A DNA stretch of 63,990 bases, the filler included, from Reclinomonas americana ATCC 50394 (taxonomy: Eukaryota), in assembly GCA_048213135.1 (NCBI GenBank). It is 16 parts of 16 records of this genome, joined end to end, with 100 filler letters (N's around TTAATTAATTAA, not from the genome) between each part and the next. Parts side by side here need not be neighbours in the genome. Positions count along the whole stretch, not along the records: positions 35,269 to 43,101 come from AFZH01021714.1; positions 43,202 to 50,051 come from AFZH01021715.1; 14 more parts are not named here. One strand, 5' to 3'. Positions 36,450 to 49,449 of the stretch are shown one piece after another. A model generated the notes under the pieces. It searched no databases. It was not told where the DNA came from and saw only the letters and a list, made by a program, of their open reading frames with translations. A program made the position numbers and the translations under genes. Numbering within the stretch: the first letter of the stretch is position 1; each line of letters begins with the position of its first letter.

Positions 36450-38631
36450 GCTGCGCACACGTAAAATTGAATGAGATCAATCAATCCAATGTAATTGACA
36501 TGTCTGTGTGCGCGCTTTCGGTGCTGCAAAGGGGACGTGCGAGAGGGAGAGGAGAGTGTGCAAGCAAGACGAAGCTTGATGGGGAGAGTGATCAGCGGAG
36601 AAATACACCGAAACACATGAATACGGAATCATCATTGAGGGGACACACATACAGAGTGCGCGCAGTAGTGGACAAACAAGCGATGCGTGTGTGTGCGTGT
36701 GTGAGAGGCAGATAGAAAGTGGCGTGCTCTCAACTTTGGTCACAGAGCGGGATAAATGTGAGAGCACGCAGCGGCTCGCGACCTTGATCACGACCGGCAG
36801 TCAAAGTCGCACTCGACGTGCTGATCTCCACGGCTGCACGAAATCACCCGCCTCTGTTTGGAGCTGGCGAGTCGTCAGTTCACGAAGAATGGAGGGGAAG
36901 ACGAATGAAAAGATGGGCGGATGGAAGATGATGAGCGAAGACAGCATTGATTGAGAAGTGAGAGGGAAGGAAAAACATGAAGAATGCATGCACATGAGAA
37001 ATGAGAGAGTAGCGATGCAGGACAGGGGAATCAGCAATGATGAGTGGGAGCAGCAGAGACGATGGAGAGACGGGAGCTGAGGGACAGGGGGAGAGGGAGA
37101 GAGGGAGAGACAGAGAGAGAGAGAGGGATTGCACGCACACACCGATCAAAGATTGAGGGGTGTAGGGAGACACTGATTGCACACTCACAGTCGGTCGGTA
37201 CATTGTCTCATGCATGCACTGTGAGGCACGGAACCACGCGTCACAACGCTGCACCAGTGGCCAATCACTTGCCAGTACGCCTGTGTTCAGATCCCACGCA
37301 CAGATTGGAGTCAGTCAATAGCCAAGTCTCACCAACTAGCTCCTCAGTGCAGAAGCAGAACACGCGCGCACCATGTGTTGCTGGCCTCGCACGTGTCTGC
37401 AGTCTTCCATGGCCATCATCTTTGTCACTCGGCAGAGACGGCGGCAGCCAAGGTGCGCACATCATCGATTCGCTCCGACTTGCCAGCCGGGATTCAAAAA
37501 CGATCCACCGACCAGGCCACCATCGCACAGCACGGCACGCATACGAACATCCACCCAGCCACGCTCTCCATGGCATGCACGACCTGCATGAATGATGTGA
37601 GTGGGAGGGAAGGAGGAAAGAGCGATCAAGACGAACAAGGCCACACACCTGCTTCGTGCATGGTGGGATCCAAGTGGAGAGCCGAGTGAGTGGGGTGACA
37701 GCCGGCAATGGGCGATGCACGATCTGCCTGCCATCGTCACGACCGACGAGCGAGGAGAACGTGTTTTCACGGTGTCTGCATATAGGTGTGCTGTGAACAA
37801 AGGAATGGAAGAAGGCGAGAGACACCAGGTCTGTCTCACTGACAAACACACCGATTAGCACCTGATACCAACACGCGTTTGGGCAAGAGGCAAGCCGAGG
37901 GACGGTTCTGCACACACATCCATCCTACAAGGGAGAGGGAGAGAGTCAGCATGTAGGCATGGCACCTCACACACTTCGGTATCGGGATGCTCACCATGAT
38001 GGACTCGCAGGAGGCAGTCGGAACACGGTGAGCGGACCAGCAGCTCGGCCTTGAGCGAGTGCGGGAAAGAGGGGTGGATGGCTGGGGAGGCAAATGAGCG
38101 CGCAAGGCAGGGAGATGGCGGAGAAAGAGAGAGACTCTGCAAGGGACAGAAAACGGGAACTGAATGACGTGCATTCTTCAGAGAAGGAAGGAGAATGTCC
38201 GCGGCGTGCGTGCACGATCGGACTCAGAGTGGTGGAGCAAACAAATGCAGCAAAACAACATCGGTGGCTCGCTCTCCCGAGGCACATACATGCACGACGA
38301 AAGAAGCACGCACAACAGACATCACAAAGAGACGAAAAATACGCAATAGATTCCCAAGCGTCATTGCACTTGCACACACGCATTGAGGTGAGGAAAACGC
38401 ACGCCTACAGAGGGAGACATGCTTCACGACCGCGCATTGTCATTCTCATGGCACGACACCATGCACGGGAGAACAATTCATCATCAACAACAACCTCTCT
38501 CTCCTCCTCCGTCATCCTCTCTTCCCCCACCTCCATCCCGCATGATCACCCGCACCCCCACACAAGACACGAAAAACAACTCACATTGTCCAGCAGCCAT
38601 CTCTCTCTCTCCCATCCTTTGGCTCACCTTC

Positions 38632-39784
38632 TCAGCACCGAAAAAGGACGACCTCGGCATCCTCGACGATAAAGCAGCGCAGAACCAGTTCGGGAAGGCA
38701 TCGAGAATCTACCTCTTCCTCCTGCATCTCCTGCACCGCTCGCAGGGCCGAGCGAGCGGCGTCGAGTTCGAGACGAGCGAGGCCACGCGGCGTGCACCAC
38801 ACTCGCACGGTCTCGTCGTGGCCACCGACGCTCACAATGTGCTGACCATCGGGAGAGACGGCCGCACACGACACCCATTCTGTGTGTCCCTCCAACCGTC
38901 GCTCTTCCTCGCCACTCGCCAGAGACCACATCCGCACTGTGTTGTCCCCGCTCCCGCTCACGATGTGCTGACTGTCGGGAGTGATGGCGACAGAATGTAC
39001 CGCATGGGCGTGTCCGTCCAACTGTCGCATTAGCTGTCCACTTGCCAGTGACCACACTCGCAGGGTGCGGTCCGCACTGCCACTAACAATGTGCTGACCG
39101 TCTGGAGTGACAGCGACAGAGTATACCGTGTCAGTGTGTCCCTCCAACCGTCTTACTTCTTCCCCGCTCGTCAGCAACCACACCCGCACTGTCTTGTCTT
39201 CACCCCCACTCACCACATGCTGACCATCGGGAGTGACTGTGACACAATACACCACTCCAGTGCCTCCTTCCAACCGTCGCACCTCCTTCCCACTCATCAA
39301 CGACCACACACGCACTGTCTCGTCGAAGCCGCCGCTGAAAATAAGCTGACAATCAGGGGTGACGGCGACAGAGTTCACCGTGCTGGTGTGTCCCTCCAGC
39401 CGTCGCACTTCTTCTCCACTCGCCAGCGACCACACACGTACGGTACAGTCTCCACCTCCACTCACGATGTGCTGACCATCGGGGGTGACGGCGACATAAT
39501 ACACAACGAAAGTGTGGCCTTCCAGTCGTCGCACTTCCTCCCCGCTCGCCAGAGACCACACTCGAATAATTCCGTCCACACACCCACCGACAATGTGCTT
39601 GCCGTCGGGAGTGACGGTGACGAATCGCACCATATCGAGACTCTGAATGATCTGTGCCACTCGCAGTGAGACGCACATGCACAAACACACAAACGACAAC
39701 CACACACATGCACAAGCACACGAATGCACGCACAGACACCAAACGCGCAAAAGCGCGCACACACATTCCCACCTTTGTTGTCAT
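38632..39784 (-). CDS. 7-blade WD40 protein, array unit 1 (intact)
   Basis: Exon 1 MTTK (39784-39773), exon 2 from 39651 IIQSLDMVRF..., seven ~42-aa repeats, tail TPRGLARLELDAA...LPELVLRCFIVEDAEVVLFRC. Confidence 0.92.
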
Positions 39785-40864
39785 TCTCCGTGTGTGTTGT
39801 GTGTGATTTGCTCGCTCGCTGCGGGCCCGGGATATCCGGATTGTCACTGTTTCCCGCCTTTCTTCTCCCGCCTTGCTCCGAGACATCGTTCATCCCTCGC
39901 CGGGCTGCGGCCCCACACAACAGACGGTAGTGTGAGCGACGTGGCTTCTTTGATGCGTGTGAGCTTTCGAAGACCGACATGGGACTTGTCGATGGGAAAT
40001 CGGCAGAATGCATATGGACAAGCAGGGTGGTGGCTCGAGGTGGCGCTCCACTGCATCGCGCTGCTGTCTAGCGACACTCTCTTTCGACTGACCTGCATTC
40101 TCTCTAAACGAGGACTGGCATGTCGGGCTGCTTGGATGTGCAGTTGTGGCCCTGTTGTGCTGATGCCCAGAATCTATTGCGAGTCATCGAAACCTCACAC
40201 CTCCTTGAACCAGCCCACAGCAAGGTTGATGATGGTACAAGGAAGAAAGAGAGCCACGAGGGACAGGAGAGGAGCGATCACCACAGCAGCTCAGCGATGG
40301 AAGAGGCAGCTGCGTCGTGTGACTTGCCTCCTCTCATCCACGTCACAATCAATGCCTCGTGCCTTCAATCACACTCACGGTCGGCCGGTGAATCGTCTCA
40401 CGCATGTACTGTGAAGCACGGAACCACGTGCCGTCATGCTGCATGCATGCCAGTGGCCAATCACTTGCCAGCACGCGCGCCTGTGACACAGAATGGAGTC
40501 AGTCAATCTTCATGAATTCAAGTCCCGCCAACTAGCTCGTCAACGCAGAAGCAGAACACGTACGCACCAGGCCACGTGCGCGTCTGCAGTCTCCCATGGC
40601 CACCACCATCGTCGCTCGATAGAGACAGCAGCAACCAAGAAGCGCACATCATCAATCCGCTCCGACTTGCAGGTCGGGCGTGAAAACGATCCACCGACCA
40701 GGCCACCATCGCACATCACGGCACGCGCGCATGTGTACACCCATGACCAACCACACTCTGCATGGCAAGCACGACCTGCGTAACTGAGGTGAGTGGAGGG
40801 AAAGAAGAAAGAGCGATCAAGACGAACAATGTCACACACCAGCTGAGTACACGGTGGGATGCGA

Positions 40865-42181
40865 GTATCAAACATGCACTGCAATGTACTGACCGAAAAG
40901 AGCGCTGTGCCAACAGCAAGCACCGCACCGCCACCTCGATAGCTGATCGAATTGGTAGTTGTGGTGCCGGTGGCCTCCACGTGTTGTTGAAAAATCTACA
41001 ACGCTGCAAAGACACGGTGGCCTTGGAGGCGAGACCCCACAGAGAAAGCGCGGCTCCGCTGGCATTCGCTCCGAGTTTTGCACAGGAAGTAAACGAAGAG
41101 TCCATCACCGTCACGTTGAGAAACTTGCCGTTCAACGAAATGGCGTAACCCGCCAAACCTCCGGCGGTGGATGTGATGCGAGAGAACACGCAGCCAGTGA
41201 CCAATAGCAGCGGTAGCGTGGTGGAGGGCGCAGCTGTCGAGTCGAGCGAGATGGCACCGGCCGTTGCATCGGTAAATGTGCAGCTGGAAAAGGTCAGTTG
41301 TGGCGAGACAACGGCCGCGGTGCCCAGCAGATGACTGGCGCCTTCGCGGAGCCTCCGCTGAACGAGAGGCCAGACAAAGTGACTTGCGCCGACTGCGTAA
41401 TGTTGAAGGCGCTGAAGGAGCCGGCGAGGATAGTGGGATTCATTGCGTTGTTAGAGGGGGAGACAGAGACGGAGCGGCCTGTGGGAAGAGAGTGGGGAGT
41501 CAAGGAGAGGGAAGAAATGGCGGACATCGAACTGGACAGTAAGCGCGCCCACTTGGATCAAACAAACTCACCAACGACGGTCAACTGAGTGCCGGCCTGC
41601 GTCACGTTGTAGAGACCGCCAAGCATCAGCACGGACAGTGACCACGCGGTCGACTGCGCGTCAAACGACTGCGCGGATGAGCACGACAGCACCGTCGCGG
41701 AGAGGGCACAGGCGTTGTCGGCCGTGAGGCCACAGGCTGCGGCATTCATTGAACCGGTCGGCGACACAAAGACTGCAAGAAGGCGTCAGCGAGACACGAG
41801 GGAGAGGGGACAGAACAGGCTCATCTAATGCAATCCCCGCTCTCCACACAACTCACCCGTGCACACAGTAGCCGCCGTCGCAACAGCGCTGGGCTCGTAC
41901 ACTCTTGCTGGCGCTGGCGCTGGCGCTGGCGGTGACGGTGACGCGCGGACACTGAAATCGTCTGCTGGACCAGCCGCAGCCGCCGACACGCGGTCTGTCT
42001 TGCGGTGGACTGCATGCGTTCGTATGCGAGTGTGGCGGGCAAGCAAGTCGCCAGAGTGCAACTCGAGGAGACGATCGCTCAGGCGCGGCGGTAACTTCTG
42101 CGCTTCACTCGAGGAGATGAGGAGGCAGCTGATGGTCACCAGGCCGAGAAGGAGAAGGAGAGGCGCAGAGAGGCGTGCCAT
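40865..42181 (-). pseudogene. Secreted beta-helix/adhesin-like gene fragment lying inside the array, frameshifted and 3'-truncated
   Basis: Signal peptide MARLSAPLLLLLGLVTISCLLISSSEA; VFVSPTG, FSSCTF, AGAISL, CRFFNN and GGGAV motifs. Frameshifts at ~41325 and ~40980; runs directly into array spacer at ~40865. Confidence 0.65.
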
Positions 42182-42796
42182 GCCGGGAGTGGCAGGCTTA
42201 CAGAAGAGGGCGCTGTTTTTGCGCGCGCTTCGTTGACGACGACAAGGTGGACACAAGGTGTGTGAGAAGCAGGACACGGACCGAACAACATCCGCGCGCG
42301 CTTCGCCACAGCATGCGGCTTGTTGGAAACCTCGGGTGTGTGCCACGCATGGCCGCTTGCAGGTGGTACGTCGATGTACGCGTCAACCTGGCTTGCAATT
42401 GTCGCGCAGCTGCAGCGACGTTGACAGCTGCAGGCTACAAACGAGTCGCATATTGCAGTGTGTGCGGTACTAGAGAATTTGTATCACGGACTAAACTGCA
42501 GTGGCAGTTCATGAAGCTCGTGAGCGCTCGAGCAGAATATTAATTGATATCGACGTCGCGAAGTGCAGTCGAAGTGATGCACGTTGATGAGGTTCGCCGA
42601 CACGGAGAGAAAGAGAGTGAGATCGCAATCATCTGAAATGGAGGAGCCCCGAGCAGCAAGCGACCCTGCGGAGGACAAGTGTTCGGAAAAACGAGATTCG
42701 CAAAATCGAACACGCACGCACCGCACCCACACACACACACACACGCAACAATCAAAGAAGCGCCATCACCCATCCACCCCCTTGCAGTGAACAACA

Positions 42797-43101
42797 ATGT
42801 CCACCAACCATGGTGAGTGGTGCCGTGCTGGCTTCAGCTTCATACTCTCCTTTGTTGTTTGTCTGATTGTTTCTCCGCCTCTCTGCGCAGTCGCCTCTCG
42901 TCTCCTGGTGCCACTGCTGTGCGTCATCATCCTGCTCGTCGCCGTCTCGCATGGTGAGTCGCACGACGTGCGTGGATGTACTCGCGGGTTGTGGGCGCGC
43001 TTGTGTGTGTGTGTGAAAATGGCGGACGGAGTCGCGCGCAGCGCACGTGCACCATGTCGAGCCCGATCTTAAACTGTTTCTGTATGACCAGGTGTGCCTT
43101 T
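42797..43101 (+). CDS. 5' part of a secreted protein gene (truncated by gap)
   Basis: Spliced MSTNH|VASRLLVPLLCVIILLVAVSHG with G|GTGAGT donors; signal-peptide-like. Confidence 0.55.
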
Positions 43102-45144
43102 NNNNNNNNNNNNNNNNNNNNNNNNNNNNNNNNNNNNNNNNNNNNTTAATTAATTAANNNNNNNNNNNNNNNNNNNNNNNNNNNNNNNNNNNNNNNNNNN
43201 NACCTGTCTCTGAGACGTCGTCCATCCCTCGCCAGGCTGCAGCCAGTACCCAACACAGCATGCGGTAGTGTGTGAACGATGTGGCTTCGTTGATGCGTGT
43301 GGGCTTTCGAAGACCGACATGGGACTCGTCGATGCGAAATCGACAGAATGGACATGCAAGGTGGTGGTGACACAATGGCGCTCCACTGCACCGTACATGT
43401 CCAGCGACACTCTCTTTCTACTGCCCTGCATTCTCTCTCAACGAGGACTGGCATGTCGGGCTGCTTGGATACGCAGCTGATGCCCTGCACCCGAGAATCC
43501 AATGAGCACCCGAGTCAGCGACCTCTCACCTCCTTGAATCGGCCCACAGCGAGGCTGATTAGGGGCACACGATGATGGTACAGTGAAGAAAGAGAGTCGC
43601 AGGGAACAGGAGAGGAGCGACCAGCACAGCAGCTCAGCGATGGAAGAGGCAGCTGCGTCGTGTGACTCGCCTCCTCTCACCCAAGTCACAATCAATGCCT
43701 CGCGCCTTCAATCACACTCACAGAGGTCGGTGAATCGTCTCACGCATGTACTGTGAGGCATGGAACCACGTGTCTTCGCATGCCAGTCACTTGCCAGCAC
43801 GCCTGTTCAGATCACACACTGAATTGAGTCAGTCAACCTCCAAGACTCGACACATTGCTTCTCAACGCAGGAGTAGAATACGCACGCACCATGTGCTATG
43901 GCGCCAGCCTCGCACGTGCCTGCAGTCCTCCATGGCCATCACCATGGTCGCTCGGCAGTGCCAGCAACAGCCAAGGTGCTCATATCATCGATCCGCTCCG
44001 ACTTGCCAGTCGAGATTGAAAACGATCCACCGACCAGGCCACCATCGCACAGCACGGCACGCGCGCATGTGTACATCCACCCACCCACGTCCTCCATGGC
44101 ATGCACGGCCTGCATGAATGAGGTGAGTGGGAGGAGAAGGAGAAAAGAGAGATCAGGACGATCAAGGCCACACACCTGCTGAGTTCACGGTGGGATGCGA
44201 GTGGGGAGCCGAGTGATTGAGGTGACAGCCGACAACAGGCGATGCACACCACGCCTGTCATCGTCACAACCAACGAGGGGGACCTGCCCCTAAGGTGCCT
44301 GCATGCCGGTGTGCAGTGAGAAAAAGGAATGGAGGAAGAGGAGAAGAATCTTCCCGTCTCAATAACAAACACACCAATCAGCATCCGATACCAGCACGCG
44401 TTTGATTAAGAGGCAAGCCGAGGTACGTTTCTGCATCCAGACGTCCAGCAAAGAGAGAGAGAGAGAGAGAGAGAAAGCAGAGTCAGCATGCAGGCACAAT
44501 ACCTCCTTCGAAGCTTCGGTGTCGGGATGCTCACCATGATGGGCTGGCAGGATGGCAGCCGGTGCATCTCGAGCAGACCAGCATGCTCGGCCTCAAACGT
44601 GCGTGTGGAATGAAGGGTGGACGACTGGGGAAGCAGATGAGCGCACAAGGAGAGAGATGGTGGAGAAAGAGACTCTGCAAGAGACAGGAAAAAGAGAGCT
44701 GAAAGACAGGCAATCTTCGCAGTCGGAAGGAGAATGTCCACGGCGTACAGGCACGATGGGACTGAGAGTAGTGGCGCCAAGGAGATGTGCAAAACAAGAC
44801 GCGCAAACATTGGTGACTCGCTCTCCTGAGGCGCAGACAAGCACGACAAAAGATGCATGCACAACAGACATCGCAAAGAGACGAGAAAGACACAACAGGC
44901 TCCCAAGTGATTCATCTCGCTCGCACACACAGATTGAGGTGAGAAAGAGACACGTAAACAGAGGGAGACATCCTTCACGCCCGCACACTCCCATTCACAT
45001 GACAGGGCAACAAACACGGGAGAACAATTCACCAACATCAACAACGACCTCTCACCCTTCCACTATCTTCATCGCATCCCGCACGACCACCCGCTCTTCC
45101 TCGCAAGACACAGCAGCCACCTTCCCTCCCTTATACTCACCAAC

Positions 45145-46315
45145 TCAGCACCGGAAAAGGACGACCTCGGTATCCTCGACGATGAAACAACGCAGAACCA
45201 GCTCGGGAAGGCATCGTGAATCTACTTGTTCCTCCTGCATCTCCTGCACGGCGTGCATGGCCCAGCGCGCGGCGTCGAGTTCGAAGCCAGCAAGGCCACG
45301 CGGAGACGACCGCACTCGTATCGTCTTGTCTTGGCCACCCGCGCTCACAGTGTGCTGACCGTCGGAAGAGACGGCGACACATTACACCCATCCGTCATGT
45401 CCCTCCAACCGTAACACTTCCTCTCCACTCTCCAGAGACCACACTCGCACTGTGCAGTCCCCACCCCCACTCACGACATGTTGGCCATCGGGAGTGACGG
45501 CGACAGACCACACATATCCTGTGTGTCCCTCCAATCGTCGCACTTCTTCTCCACTCGCCAGCATCCATACACGCACAGTCTTGTCTTCACCGCCACTCAC
45601 TATGTGCTTGCTGTCGGGAGTGACAGCGACAGAGAGCACCACTCCAATGTGCCCCTCCAACCGTCGCACCTCCTCCCCACTCGCCAGCAACCACACTCGC
45701 ACTGTGTTGTCTCCACCGCCGCTAACAATGTGCTGACCCTCAGGAGTGACGACGACAGACCAAATCTCGTCAGTATGTCCCTCCAGCCGTCGCACTTCCT
45801 CCCCACTCGCCAGAGACCACACTCGCACTGTGTTGTCGAAGCTGCCACTCACGATAAACTGACCATCGGGGGTGACGGCGACAGTAGCCACAGTGTCGGT
45901 GTGCCCCTCCAGCCGTCGCACCTCGTCGCCACTCGCCAGAGACCACACCCGTACAGTGCTTCCACTTCCGCTCACGATGTGCTCGCCATCGAGGGTGATG
46001 GCAACAGAGTAAACAGCATCAGCGTGTCCTTTCAACAGAAGCACTTCTTTTCCACTCACAAGAGACCACACTCGAACGGTACTGTCCTCACACCCACCAA
46101 CAATGTGCTTGCCATCGGGCGTGACGGCGACCGACTGCACCGCAGAAGCGAGATTCTGAATGATCTGTGTCGATCATTCGCGGTGAGACACACACACAGC
46201 AGCAACTCAAACAACAATCCACAAACGGCAACCGCACACGATACACAAGCACACGAATGAACGTACAGACACCAACCACGCAAAAGTGCGCATACATTCA
46301 CACCTTAGTTGTCAT
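45145..46315 (-). pseudogene. WD40 array unit 2 with an in-frame TAA in blade 7
   Basis: MTTK|IIQNLASAVQSV...; GGA TGG GTG TAA TGT GTC at ~45382-45384. The frame continues to the normal tail. Confidence 0.88.
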
Positions 46316-48290
46316 TCTCCGTGTGCGTGTGATTGTGTGTGATTTGCTCGCTCGGAATTGTCACCGTTTCCCGCCTTTCTTCTCCCGCCTTGCTCCGAGA
46401 CGCCGTCCATCCCTCGCCAGGCTGCAGCCAGCACCCCACACAACATACAGCAGTATGAGAGCAATGTGGCTTGTTTGATGTGTGTGGGCTTTCGAAGACC
46501 GACATGGAACTCGACGATGCGAAGTCGGCAGCATGGACATACTGGCGACACAAGGTGGCGCTCCACTGCATCGCGCTGCTGTCCAGCGACACTCTCTTTC
46601 GACTGACATGCAGTATCTCTCAACGAGGACTGGCATGTCGGGCTGCTTGGATACGCAGCTGTGGCCCTGCACCCGAGAATCCACTGAGCATCGAGTCTTC
46701 GAAACCTCACACCTCCTTGGATCGACCCACAGCGAGGTTGATGAGGGCACGATGATGGCACAAGGAATAGGGGAGGAGCGAACAGCACAGTAGCACAGCG
46801 ATGGACGAGGCAGCTGCGTCGTGAGACTCGCCTCCTCTCACCCAAGTCACAGTCAATGCCTCGCGCCTTCAATCACACTCACAGTAGACCGGCGAATCAT
46901 CTCATGCATGTACTGTGAGACACAGAACCACGTGTCTTCGCATGCCAGTGACGAGTCACTTGCCAGCACGCCTGTTCAGATCACACACAGCACTTAGTCA
47001 GTCAAATCTCCAAGTCTCACCAACTTGTTCCTCAACAAAAGTGTAGAATACGCACGCACCATGTGTTGCTGGCCGAGCACGCGTCTGCAGTCTCCCATGG
47101 CCACCACCAATATCACTCGGCAGGGACAGCAGCAACCAAGGAGCGCACATCATCGATTCGCCCCGACTTGTTAGTCGGGATTGAAAACGATCCACCGACC
47201 AGGCCATCCATCGCACATCACGACACACATGCGTACACCCACCCAGCCATGCACTCCTTGACGAGCACGGCCTGCATAATTGAGGTGAGTGGGAGGGAAG
47301 GAGGAAAAGAGAGATCAAGACGAACAAGGCCACACACCTGCATCGTGCATGGTGGGATGCGAGTGGGGAGCCGAGTGAGTGAGGTGACGGTCGACAACGG
47401 GTAATGCACATCACGCCTGTCATCGCCACGACATGCTTTCCATGGTGTCTGCATGTCGGTGTGCTGTGAGCAAAGATTGGAGGAATGAGAGAGAAATCTG
47501 CTCTGTCTCACTGAACAACACACCGATCAGCACCTGATATCAACATGCGTTTGTCAAGAAGCAAGCCAAGGGACGCTTCTGTACACACAACCATCCCGGC
47601 AAGGGAGAGAGAGAGCAGATCAGCATGCAGTCAGGCCATTTCACACACTTCGGCATCGGGATGCTCACCGTGATGGACTGGCAGGATAGCAGTCGGTGCA
47701 TCATGAGTAGGGAAGCATGCTCGGCCTCGAGCTTGTGCGGCAAGGAGGGGTGGATGACTGGGGAAGCAGATAAGCACACAAAGGAGAAAGACGGCGGAGT
47801 AAGAGATAGACTCTGCAGGAGGCAGGAAAAAGAGAGCGGATTGACATGCATTCTTCAGAGCCGGAAATAGAATGCCCACGGCGCACAGGCACAATGGAAA
47901 GCAGAGTAGTGGCGCCAAGGAAGTGTGCAAAGAAAACGCGAGGAAATAGACAACGGCGACTTGCTTTCCCGAGGCACATGCATGCACGACTAAGATGCAC
48001 GAACAACAGACATCACAACGAGACAAAAAGCGCAAGAGACTCCCAGGTGATTCATCGAGCTTGCACACAAAGTGGAGGTGAGAAAGAGGCACGCACACAG
48101 AGGGCGACATGCTTCACCCCCGCACAATCACATTCACATGAAAGGGCAACAAACACAGAGAACATGAACAACTCTTCATCAACGACCTCTCTCTCTTCCT
48201 CTGTCGTCCTCTCTTCCCCCACCCATTCTCCTTCGCAAGACACGAATTGCAACTCACAATCACCAGCAACCCTCCCTTCGACTCACCGAC

Positions 48291-49449
48291 TCAGCACCGA
48301 AAAAGGAAGACCTCGGCATCCTCGACGATAAAGCAGCGCAGAACCAGCTCGGGAAGACACAGTGAATCTACTTCATCCTCCTGCATCTCCTGCACAGCCT
48401 GCATGGCCAAGCGCGCGTCATCGAGCTCGACGCGAGCAAGGCCACGCGGTGTGGACCACACTCGCACGGTCTTATCCTTGCCACCCGCACTCACAATATG
48501 CTGACCATCGGAAGAGACGGCCACAGACGACACCCATCCCTCATGTCCCTCCAACCGTCGCACCTCCTTTCCACTCGCCAGAGACCATACCCGCACTGTC
48601 TTGTCCTCGCTCCCACTCACGACATGCTGGCCATCGGAGGTGACAGTGACAGACGACACCCAGTCAGTGTGTCCGTCCAGCCGTCGCACCTCCTCACCAC
48701 TTGCCAGTGACCACACCCACACTGCGTGCTCACAGCCACTCACGATGTGCTGACCATCGTAAGTGACGGCAACAGAGTACACCCATTCAGTATGTCCCTC
48801 CAACCGTCGCACCTCCTCCCCGCTCGCCAGCAACCACACCCGCACGGTGTTGTCGAAACTGCCGCTCACTACGTGCCGACCGTCGGGGGTGACGACGACA
48901 GACAACACCCTTCCAGTGTGTCCCACCATCCGTCGCACCTCCTCGCCACTCGCCAGTGACCACACTCTCACAGTGTTGTCGCTGCTGCCGCTCACGATGT
49001 GATGACCATCAGGCGTGACGGCGACAGATATCACCTCATCGGAGTGACCCTCCAGTCGTCGAACCTCTTCTCCACTCGCCAGCGACCACACACGCACGGT
49101 ACAGTCTCCACACCCACTCACGATGTGCTGATTATCAGGGGCGACAGCGACAGATTGCACCCATTCAGTGTGTCCATCCAGCCGTAGCACCTCCTTGCCA
49201 CTCGCCAGAGACCACATTCGAACGGTGCTGTCCATGCATCCACCAACAATGTGCTTGCTATCGGGCGTGACGGCGACGGATCGTACCACGGAAGTGAGAC
49301 TCTGAATGATCTGCGTCGATCACTCGCGGTGAGACGCACATGCACACACAAGCACAAACAACAACCGCACACAAGCACAAGCACACCAATGCATGCACAG
49401 ACACCAACCACGCAAAAAAGTGCGCACACATTCACACCTTTGTTGTCAT
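48291..49449 (-). CDS. 7-blade WD40 protein, array unit 3 (intact)
   Basis: MTTK|IIQSLTSVVRSV..., seven repeats, conserved tail. Confidence 0.92.

Noticed and set aside
43898..45044. Spacer ORFs (e.g. AVDILLPT..., AEHASLLMMHRLP) as an intact second gene in each unit
   Set aside because: Frame-breaking indels differ among copies, so no consistent protein can be built. Kept only as a splice/remnant hypothesis.
45382..45384. Stop-codon reassignment (TAA as sense), since the confidently predicted genes end in TGA
   Set aside because: Only one in-frame TAA was seen in an otherwise intact gene, and long exons lack TAA/TAG. TGA preference is expected at high GC.
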